DNA of 64,000 nt from Akkermansiaceae bacterium (lineage in GTDB: Bacteria > Verrucomicrobiota > Verrucomicrobiia > Verrucomicrobiales > Akkermansiaceae): NCBI GenBank assembly GCA_051251915.1, contig JBPOGF010000012.1, positions 32,001-96,000 on the forward strand. Reading direction: 5' to 3'. Positions within the stretch are counted from its first letter, which is position 1. Each line of letters begins with the position of its first letter. Both the position numbers and the translations under genes were made by a program. The notes beneath the pieces were generated by a model that did no database searches, had not been told where the DNA came from, and worked only from the letters and a program-made list of their open reading frames with translations. Positions 21,250-29,777 of this stretch are shown in pieces.

Positions 21250-22800
21250 CTACTCAAGCAGTGAAACTCCAGTCATTTCAACCGGCTTTTCAACACCTAA
21301 CATATCTAACAATGTCGGCGCTACATCCGCGAGAATACCATCATTGACCCTCACAGAACCTGCATTTTCAGCCACATAAATAGCATGTACTAAATTAGTC
21401 GTATGCGCGGTATGTGGAGAACCATCTTCATTGATCATCTTCTCACAGTTACCGTGATCCGCCGTGATTAGCAACTTACCGCCTAGTCTCAGAGTCTCCT
21501 CAACCACAGCCTTCACTCCATCATCGATCGCCTCACAAGCCTTCATCGCAGCCTTCACTATGCCAGTGTGCCCTACCATATCGGGGTTCGCAAAATTCAG
21601 AATCACCATGTCATAATCCTTAAGTCTAGAAACCAAAGTCTCAGTAACCTCGGGCGCACTCATCTCTGGCTGTAAATCATATGTCGCCACCTGCGGAGAC
21701 TTCGCTACGTAGCGATCTTCACCTGGGAATGGAACCTCCTCACCACCATTGAAAAAGTAAGAAACATGCGGATACTTCTCAGTCTCAGCGATCCTTAGCT
21801 GAGTCTTCCCAGCATCTGAAACCACTTCTCCTAGCACATTCTTCATGCTGCTAGGCTTATATACTACCTCACAATCATACTTAGCATCGTACTCTGTTAG
21901 AGTCACGTAATGTGTCTTAGGATGCACCTCCTTATCGAAACCTTCAAACGCCTCTCCATCAAGAAATGCATTAGAAATCTGTCGCGCACGATCTGCTCTA
22001 TAGTTAAACCAGAACACCACATCTCCATCATTGATCCGTTGCTCATCAACGCCTTCAAGAACATAAGGCTTGATGAATTCATCAGTCTCACCCTTTTCAT
22101 AAGCATCAGCCACAGCCTCACTCGCAGAGCCCTCCCACTCAGTCCCTCGACCAAGTACAATCGCATCCCAAGCTAGCTTATTCCTGTCCCATCGTGTGTC
22201 ACGGTCCATCGCAAAATATCTACCAATAACTGTAGCTATCTTCGCCTTAGTCCCTGAGATATCTCGCTGAAGTCTTTCCAGATACCCCACACCACCAGTC
22301 GGAGAAGTATCACGCCCATCAGTGATCGCATGAATGAATATATCCTCCACCCCAGCCTTATCAGCAGCCTTCACAAATGCAGCCAAATGATCCTGATGAC
22401 TATGTACACCACCATCAGATACTAGCCCTATAAAATGAAATCGTTTCCCGTTTTCCTTCGCTACAGCAAACGCCTTTTTCAGAACCTCATTCTCCGGCAT
22501 TTCGCCATCAGCTATAGATTTATTGATTCTCGTAAGTTCCTGATAGACCACTCTACCAGCACCCAGATTTAGATGACCTACCTCACTATTCCCCATCTGA
22601 CCATCAGGAAGCCCCACGTCCAGACCTGAAGCACTAAGCATCCCTTTCGGGTATTTCTGATACAACATGTCGTGAAACGGAGTCGCCGCCAACTCTGGCG
22701 CGTTCCCATCCTTTGTCGCTGTCATGCTGCCGCCAGGGTTCACACCCCAACCATCTCTGATAATCAAAACTACTGGTTTCTTGTCTTTCTTAATTTCCAT
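21250..22800 (-). CDS. gpmI: 2,3-bisphosphoglycerate-independent phosphoglycerate mutase
   Basis: LIIRDGWG, GQMGNSEVGH, SDGGVHSH, AETEKYPHV, NPDMVGHTG, TADHGN; start set at MEIKK. Confidence 0.96.
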   Translation of the reverse strand: MEIKKDKKPVVLIIRDGWGVNPGGSMTATKDGNAPELAATPFHDMLYQKYPKGMLSASGLDVGLPDGQMGNSEVGHLNLGAGRVVYQELTRINKSIADGEMPENEVLKKAFAVAKENGKRFHFIGLVSDGGVHSHQDHLAAFVKAADKAGVEDIFIHAITDGRDTSPTGGVGYLERLQRDISGTKAKIATVIGRYFAMDRDTRWDRNKLAWDAIVLGRGTEWEGSASEAVADAYEKGETDEFIKPYVLEGVDEQRINDGDVVFWFNYRADRARQISNAFLDGEAFEGFDKEVHPKTHYVTLTEYDAKYDCEVVYKPSSMKNVLGEVVSDAGKTQLRIAETEKYPHVSYFFNGGEEVPFPGEDRYVAKSPQVATYDLQPEMSAPEVTETLVSRLKDYDMVILNFANPDMVGHTGIVKAAMKACEAIDDGVKAVVEETLRLGGKLLITADHGNCEKMINEDGSPHTAHTTNLVHAIYVAENAGSVRVNDGILADVAPTLLDMLGVEKPVEMTGVSLLE

Positions 22801-22868
22801 CTTGCTCACTTTATATAATGACTCCCCCCGATAGGCAATCACCTACTTGAGATGGTTCTAAATAAAAA

Positions 22869-24713
22869 TTACGCCTCAATCATGTATTCATCACAATCTT
22901 CAGCTAATTCAAGCGCACAATCAATCAGAGCCAAATGACTATAAGCTTGCGGGAAATTCCCCAAATGCCTCTTCGTCTCGAAATCCAGATCCTCACCATA
23001 CAACCCCTTCGGATTTGCATAGCTCAGTAATTGCTCAAACCGCTTCCGCGCCTCCTCCCGGTTACCTGTTCTAGCCAATGCCTTTACCATCCAAAACGAA
23101 CAAACAGTAAACGCACTACTCGGCTCACCAAAATCATCGCAGTTCTTATAGCGATACATCAACCCTCCACGACACAGCTCCCGATCACTCTGATTCACTG
23201 TTGAAACAAATTTAGGGTCCATCGGATCAATAAATCCATAATCCGCCATCAACAAATTCGAAGAATCAAGGTCATCCACCCCATAGGACTGAGTGAAACT
23301 TTGCTTCTTCTCATTCCAACCTTTCTCTAACACATCCGCATGTATTTCATCACGCAATGGTCTAAACTTATCAGCCCAAACTTCCTTCCCCAACATCTCA
23401 GCGATCTTCACACCTCGGTCTAAAGCCACCCAACACAATACTTTCGAAAATACAAAATGCTGCTCATCACCACGGATCTCCCAGATGCCCTTATCCGGCT
23501 CTCTCCAAGTAGCTGCCACCGTATTCACAATAGATCTCACTCTCGTCCATATCCTATCCAATGACTCCGGAGTTCTATCACGAGCTTCTAAATCTTGATG
23601 AATAACATCTAACAAAATCCCATAAATATCATGCTGCTTCTGGAAATAAGCCGCATTACCAATACGTACTGGCGCAGACCCGTGATAACCAGAAAGATGG
23701 CCCAGCTCTTCTTCTGTTAGATTCTTCTCACCACGGATCCCATACATGATCTGCAAGGCATCATCCTTACTCGGAGTCGTCTGCATCACCCAGTCAATAA
23801 ACCTCTCAGCCATCAACGGATGACCTATTCTATGTAAAACAGACACCGTCATAGACCCGTCCCGTATCCAACAGAATCGATAATCCCAGTTCCTTTCCTC
23901 ACCGATAGTCTCCGGCATCGACGTTGTTCCAGCTGCCAATACTGCTCCAGTTGGAGAAAATTGCAGCATCTTCAATGTAATCGCTGAACGCAAAATCTGC
24001 TCACTATATAAGTCACAACGATGCGTCCTAGCTGACCACAGCAACCAATAAGAATGCGTCCTCTGCAACATCAACTGCACCGTGTCTTCATCAGGTGACA
24101 TCACCTTATCGTTATAACTAAGCAGTAAATAGCTAGGCTTTTCTAAATTAATCAACTCTTCCTCTATGATAGCCCCAACATCCAGATCCGAGTAAAGATA
24201 ACATGATTCATAAACATCTCTATGGCCCTCCAGCGTTCCCGTGCTCGTGCTCTTAATCCGAGCATCACCAAACACCTCACTACGCGTTTCTAACCTACCA
24301 TAATCTAATCGCGGATCATAATGTACTCTAATCCTAGGCTTACCAGAAATCGGTTTCAACACCCGGATAATGTCACTAGATACATCATGCTTAGACCCAG
24401 ACCTACCATCCCATGTATAGCGAGCCATGAAATCTACAATCTCAAATTCCCCAGCATCACCTTTAAATCGTGTCACAAGAATTCCCGTATTACGTAAATA
24501 TTCCTGCTGCACCACCTCCCCGTCTTCCATGCTCACCCCCATTTGCCCACCCTTCTTCTCATCGAGAATTGAAGCAAATACAGTGCCTGAATCAAAATCG
24601 GGCATACATGCATAAACGATAGACCCATTGCCATCAATCAGTGCACAAGTTCGCCCGTTCCCGATAATTGCATAATCGTAATCGTCAGTATGTGAAGTAT
24701 CCATTTTTGTCAT
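22869..24713 (-). CDS. Glycoside hydrolase family 15 (trehalase/glucoamylase-like)
   Basis: YAIIGN, RNWDYRFCWIRD, GIWEIR, GNFPQAYSH. Confidence 0.92.
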   Translation of the reverse strand: MTKMDTSHTDDYDYAIIGNGRTCALIDGNGSIVYACMPDFDSGTVFASILDEKKGGQMGVSMEDGEVVQQEYLRNTGILVTRFKGDAGEFEIVDFMARYTWDGRSGSKHDVSSDIIRVLKPISGKPRIRVHYDPRLDYGRLETRSEVFGDARIKSTSTGTLEGHRDVYESCYLYSDLDVGAIIEEELINLEKPSYLLLSYNDKVMSPDEDTVQLMLQRTHSYWLLWSARTHRCDLYSEQILRSAITLKMLQFSPTGAVLAAGTTSMPETIGEERNWDYRFCWIRDGSMTVSVLHRIGHPLMAERFIDWVMQTTPSKDDALQIMYGIRGEKNLTEEELGHLSGYHGSAPVRIGNAAYFQKQHDIYGILLDVIHQDLEARDRTPESLDRIWTRVRSIVNTVAATWREPDKGIWEIRGDEQHFVFSKVLCWVALDRGVKIAEMLGKEVWADKFRPLRDEIHADVLEKGWNEKKQSFTQSYGVDDLDSSNLLMADYGFIDPMDPKFVSTVNQSDRELCRGGLMYRYKNCDDFGEPSSAFTVCSFWMVKALARTGNREEARKRFEQLLSYANPKGLYGEDLDFETKRHLGNFPQAYSHLALIDCALELAEDCDEYMIEA

Positions 24714-24719
24714 AAAGTT

Positions 24720-26924
24720 TTAAATTGCTGAAGCTATAGTTTTAAGAAATGCGCGCAGTCCCGCGATAGTTGTACGATGCTCAGCTCTTGTAGAACCTTC
24801 ACCTATTTTCACCGTATGTAGGTGAACATTTTCAGGTGGCACGATGGAAAACATATTCTCATCAGTCTGGTCATCCCCCGCCGCAAGCGCGATCGATGGT
24901 TGCCACTCTCTGATCAACATATCCGCCGCCACACCTTTATTTACCAATTGGCTAGCCACCTCCACTATCTTTTGCCCATGATGCACAGAGACTGGTAGGC
25001 TCGCTGTGGTAGATGTCAACTCAGACAATAACCCCTTAGCTCTCCATAACCCAAACTCCTGATCCGCCCTACGATAATGCCAAACAACAGAAGAACGTTT
25101 CTCTTCAATCTCACTCCCGGGAGTTAGCGTCACTGCCCACTCTAAATGAGGTAACACAGCATCCTTCCATGCGATGTCCGCTCGCTGGTCTAACATTTCC
25201 CACTCACCAATCTGGCCGTCCTTTAGACGCTTCCAGAAATAACCATGTTCAGCAACCAAATCGATTGTCAGATGCCCAAAATGCTTCTCAAGGAAATCTT
25301 TAGGTCTACCACTTATCACCGCCAAATTCACTAACGGATGCTTGCTAAATTTTTCTAACAACTCCAATACATCCGGCTCAGGGATCGCATCCTCTGGTCT
25401 ATCAACGAAGTCACGTAGAGTCCCGTCATAATCTAATAGAAGCGCAATCTGCTCACCCTTTCCAACCCTGGCTACCATCTCTTCACTCACCTCACCCATC
25501 GTCTCATGCCCCATCGTTCCAGACTCATCAGTAGTTGCACCCTCCAGATCTCCTAAGAAAATCTTAGCCCACGCACCGGCATCATTTCTTGCCAACCTCG
25601 CCTGCATCGCACGCACTCTATCCCACATTTCATCCTCAGTCATCGACAATGCCTCCTTGATCGTTCTCGCCACCCCATGAGCATCATGCGGGTTCACTTG
25701 CAGAGCATGAGACATCTCTTGTGCCGCACCCGCAAATTCACTCAGGATCAATACTCCCGCTCGCGCATCATGCTGCTTGCGCTTACAATCAATATACTCC
25801 TTCGCCACCAAATTCATTCCATCCACAGTTGGTGTCACCAAGCAGACATCCGCTAACGCATAGAACGCCGCCAACTCTTCCATCGGAAACCCACGGTGTA
25901 AAAACTGCACCGGCGAATGCCCTACCTCACCATAATCACCATTAATAGCCCCTACCTCACGCTGCACATTTTCCGTCAGCTCATCATACTCCTCCACACC
26001 CACCCGTGACGGCACAGCAATGATCACAAAGTTCACCTGCGCCCGCTGATCCGGGTTCTCTTCTAAAAATAATCGGATCGCCGCCAGCTTCTGCGGCACT
26101 CCCTTCGTGTAGTCCAGTCGCTCCACACTCAGTAATAATTTCCCGGTACCAAGCCTCTCCTTATGCAACTTCAACGCATTGCGATAGCCCACACGGTTCA
26201 TCGCCTTCTTAAACCCACTCCGGTTATGCCCAATAGGATAAACCCCATAGTTCACAAATCGATTCCCATGCCAAATCCCGTCCGACTCATCCTCCGTCCC
26301 TAAAATCCTCAACAATGCAGATCTAAAATGCCGCATGTAATTATAAGTGTGAAATCCAATCACATCACAACCTAACAACCCCGCCAAAATCTCCTGCCTA
26401 TCCGGTAGAGCTCGGAAAATTTCACTCGACGGAAACGGAGTATGCAAAAAGAACCCTATCCTCAAATCTGGTCGCAACTTGCGCAGCATCGCAGGCAATA
26501 AAAATAAATGATAATCATGCACCCACACCATCCCACCTTCATCAGTATCCTTCGCCACCACCTCTGCAAATTTCTGATTCACCTTCCTATACATCTCCAT
26601 CCACTGCGGATCAAATCTAGCCCTCTCCACCATATAATGCAACAACGGCCACAAAGTAGAATTAGAATAACCTTCGTAATACCCATCCAGCTCAGTCTCA
26701 CTAAGCAACACCGGCTTCACGCCCACCTCAGCAAGCTTCTTCTCATAAGCAACCACATCCTCTATCTCCTCCTCACAAATCCCACCCCAGCCTATCCAAG
26801 AAAAATCTCCCTCTATTCCAGCCCCCTCAAGAGCTGAAGCCAGGCCCCCCGTTGTGCGTTCTACTTCTCCAGAATCATTGATGCGGATCGGGAGCCTATT
26901 CGAAACAAGTGTAAGTTCAGCCAT
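24720..26924 (-). CDS. otsAB: Bifunctional trehalose-6-phosphate synthase/phosphatase (OtsA-OtsB fusion)
   Basis: VSNRLP, WVHDYHL, FLHTPFPS, RLDYTKG, DGMNLVAKEY, then HAD motifs DYDGTL and GDDQTDE; start set at MAELT. Confidence 0.93.
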   Translation of the reverse strand: MAELTLVSNRLPIRINDSGEVERTTGGLASALEGAGIEGDFSWIGWGGICEEEIEDVVAYEKKLAEVGVKPVLLSETELDGYYEGYSNSTLWPLLHYMVERARFDPQWMEMYRKVNQKFAEVVAKDTDEGGMVWVHDYHLFLLPAMLRKLRPDLRIGFFLHTPFPSSEIFRALPDRQEILAGLLGCDVIGFHTYNYMRHFRSALLRILGTEDESDGIWHGNRFVNYGVYPIGHNRSGFKKAMNRVGYRNALKLHKERLGTGKLLLSVERLDYTKGVPQKLAAIRLFLEENPDQRAQVNFVIIAVPSRVGVEEYDELTENVQREVGAINGDYGEVGHSPVQFLHRGFPMEELAAFYALADVCLVTPTVDGMNLVAKEYIDCKRKQHDARAGVLILSEFAGAAQEMSHALQVNPHDAHGVARTIKEALSMTEDEMWDRVRAMQARLARNDAGAWAKIFLGDLEGATTDESGTMGHETMGEVSEEMVARVGKGEQIALLLDYDGTLRDFVDRPEDAIPEPDVLELLEKFSKHPLVNLAVISGRPKDFLEKHFGHLTIDLVAEHGYFWKRLKDGQIGEWEMLDQRADIAWKDAVLPHLEWAVTLTPGSEIEEKRSSVVWHYRRADQEFGLWRAKGLLSELTSTTASLPVSVHHGQKIVEVASQLVNKGVAADMLIREWQPSIALAAGDDQTDENMFSIVPPENVHLHTVKIGEGSTRAEHRTTIAGLRAFLKTIASAI

Positions 26925-27074
26925 ACTCCTACAATGCGTCACCTCTCTCATATGTCCATGAGAAATTGATATTTATCTAACAGAAACCTTCAACAGATCA
27001 GCCATAAATCCCTGCTCATTCCTGCCTTGCATTCTCAGCCAAGAGCACTAGCCTATTCACCTAATGCCTAATCC

Positions 27075-28289
27075 ATGATGAAAACACTGAACATGCTGAA
27101 AATAAAACAAGCCCTTATACTCCTATCTATCTTCTGCCAATTCTCAGCTCAGGCTCAGACAACTGTGACCTCTTCAGCTGCTCCTTCACCTGATTCCAAA
27201 TCAAACCCCACCGAGGACCATGTCCGTGTCGCAGTCCTCGGCTATCACGACTTCTCCAGCACACGCGCCGTGAAAGAAATGGTCATCCGTCCGTCAAAAT
27301 TCCGTGAACAGATGCAAGCCATCAAAGACCTCAAACTCAGCGTCATCACACTCGAAGACTTCATCCTCTGGAAACAACATAAAAAATCCATCCCTGACAA
27401 ATCCATACTCATTACCATCGATGATGGCTGGAAGTCAGTTTACGAAGAAGCCTACCCCATCCTCAAAGAATTTGGCTACCCATTCACCATCTATCTCTAC
27501 ACCAACTATATCGACACAGGCGGCAGCTCCATGACCTCAGAAATGATCAAGGAAATGATGCAAAATGGCTGCACTATAGGCTCGCACTCCGTCTCACACC
27601 CCATGCCATCGATCATAAGAAAACATCAGCGTGCAGGCGCTGATGAATATCGAGAATTCATCGACACCGAAATCGGTGAATCTAAGAAAATTCTAGAAGA
27701 AACATTCAAAACCCCAATCATCACCTACGTTTACCCAGGTGGACTCCACACACCTGAGATGTTTGAGTCCGCTGCCAATTTCGGCTACAAGCACCTCTTT
27801 ACAGTCAGACCCGGCAAAGTCACTCGCAAGACAGATGACAACCTCATCCCACGCTACGTCATTCTAGGAGAAGACAAGCACGACTACATATTCAAACACG
27901 CCACCACCTTTTCAGCCAATGCCATTTCACGTAGCACCTCAGGCGCCATCTTCAAAAAAGAAATGCCACACACAGTCTCCCCCTCAGCCGGTGAAAAGAT
28001 CAGTGAACGCATGCCCCTCATCGCAGCCAACCTCTCCAAGATAGAAAACCTTGATGAAGCATCCCTCATCATGCGCGTCGCAGGATTCGGCAAAGTGCCC
28101 GCCGTCTACAACCCAGAAACCAAAACTATCTCCTGGGTAGTCAACCGTCGCCTCAGATCCCACCACAGCACCGTGTCTGTCCAATGGAAACTAATCGACG
28201 CCAAAGTCTACCAACCCGCCATGGAATGGACATTCGTCATTGACAAAGAAGCCGCTTACACCCCAAAAACAGCACCAGCACTCCCTTAA
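27075..28289 (+). CDS. Secreted polysaccharide deacetylase (NodB/CE4) with C-terminal extra domain
   Basis: Signal peptide, VLGYH, ITIDDGW, GSHSVSHP, YPGG. Confidence 0.85.
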   Translation: MMKTLNMLKIKQALILLSIFCQFSAQAQTTVTSSAAPSPDSKSNPTEDHVRVAVLGYHDFSSTRAVKEMVIRPSKFREQMQAIKDLKLSVITLEDFILWKQHKKSIPDKSILITIDDGWKSVYEEAYPILKEFGYPFTIYLYTNYIDTGGSSMTSEMIKEMMQNGCTIGSHSVSHPMPSIIRKHQRAGADEYREFIDTEIGESKKILEETFKTPIITYVYPGGLHTPEMFESAANFGYKHLFTVRPGKVTRKTDDNLIPRYVILGEDKHDYIFKHATTFSANAISRSTSGAIFKKEMPHTVSPSAGEKISERMPLIAANLSKIENLDEASLIMRVAGFGKVPAVYNPETKTISWVVNRRLRSHHSTVSVQWKLIDAKVYQPAMEWTFVIDKEAAYTPKTAPALP

Positions 28290-28345
28290 AAAATGACTCA
28301 CTAGAGTCACACTCCCCCATTAACCAGTAACCAATAATCAATCTC

Positions 28346-29740
28346 ATGTTCAATTCACTCTCAGACAATCTCGAAGGCGTCTTCAAAAAACTCAGAGGCC
28401 AAGGCAAAATCTCCGAAAAAAACATCTCAGATGCTCTCCGTGAGATCCGCCTCGCATTGCTCGAAGCCGATGTCGAATTCTCCGTAGCCAAAGACTTCAT
28501 CGCCAAGGTCAAAGAACAGGCAATGGGTGAAAAAGTGCTCAAGTCAATCAAGCCAGGCGAGCAGATTGTCAAAATCTTCCATGATGAACTCACCGCCCTC
28601 CTCGGTGGCGACCAGTCACCACTAGACCTAAACCCACCAGCACGCATCCTCATGGTCGGTCTCAACGGTGCAGGTAAAACCACAACATCAGCAAAGCTTG
28701 CGCTACGTCTCAAGAAAGAAGGTCGCAGACCACTCCTCATAGCCTGTGACCTTTACCGTCCAGCAGCCATCGAGCAGCTAGCCACCCTCGCAGCCCAAGT
28801 AGATGTCCCAGTTTACAAACCAGAAGCAGGGGAGAAAAACCTCATCAAAGTCGCTAAAGACGCCCTCAAATGGGCCGAGGTCCAAAACGGCACCGTCCTC
28901 ATTTTCGATACCGCTGGTCGTCAAGAAATCGACGAAAAGCTCATCTCCGAGCTCAAAGAACTCCACAAATTCCTCGACCCTAAAGAAACCCTCCTCGTCT
29001 CAGACGCAGCCACCGGTCAGCAAGCAGTATCAGTAGCCACACACTTCGATGAAGCAGTAGGCATCACTGGCATCGTCCTCACCAAGCTAGACGGTGACGC
29101 CCGCGGTGGTGCAGCCCTCTCCATGCGCGCCGTAACCGGCAAGCCGATCAAATACATCGGTGAAGGTGAAAAGCTAGATTCTCTCTCAGAATTCCACCCA
29201 GACCGTATGGCGGGCAGAATCCTCGACATGGGCGACGTCGTCTCCATGGTCGAAAACATGGCGGACAAGATCAACGAGAAGGACGCCATGAATGCTGCCA
29301 AGCGCATGCAAAGCGGCAAGTTCGACTTCAACGACTTCCTCAGCCAGATGAACATGATCAAAAACCTCGGCCCACTCGATGGAATCCTCGGCATGCTCCC
29401 CGGCATGAAAAAGCTTAAAAAACAACTTCCCACTGACCTGCTCGGCGGTAAGAAAATGGCACACATGGAAGCCATCGTCCTCTCCATGACACCAAAAGAA
29501 CGCGAACACCCACAAATCATCAAAGGCACCCGCAGAAAACGCATCGCACTAGGAAGCGGCACCTCCATCATCGAGGTCAACAAGCTCCTCAAGCAGTTCG
29601 GAGAAATGCGCAAAATGTTCAGCGGTAAAGGCGGTAAAATGAAGCAAATGATGCAACAAATGGGCGGCATGGAAGGCATGCAGGACATGATGAAAGGCCT
29701 AGGAGGAAAAGGCGGCAAAGGCGGTGGACTCCCCTTCTAA
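28346..29740 (+). CDS. ffh: Signal recognition particle protein
   Basis: ALLEADV, GLNGAGKTT, DTAGR, TKLDGDARGG, Met-rich M domain. Confidence 0.97.
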   Translation: MFNSLSDNLEGVFKKLRGQGKISEKNISDALREIRLALLEADVEFSVAKDFIAKVKEQAMGEKVLKSIKPGEQIVKIFHDELTALLGGDQSPLDLNPPARILMVGLNGAGKTTTSAKLALRLKKEGRRPLLIACDLYRPAAIEQLATLAAQVDVPVYKPEAGEKNLIKVAKDALKWAEVQNGTVLIFDTAGRQEIDEKLISELKELHKFLDPKETLLVSDAATGQQAVSVATHFDEAVGITGIVLTKLDGDARGGAALSMRAVTGKPIKYIGEGEKLDSLSEFHPDRMAGRILDMGDVVSMVENMADKINEKDAMNAAKRMQSGKFDFNDFLSQMNMIKNLGPLDGILGMLPGMKKLKKQLPTDLLGGKKMAHMEAIVLSMTPKEREHPQIIKGTRRKRIALGSGTSIIEVNKLLKQFGEMRKMFSGKGGKMKQMMQQMGGMEGMQDMMKGLGGKGGKGGGLPF

Positions 29741-29777
29741 AAACCACAACCTAGAGGTAAGTTTTTCCCTCACTCAC

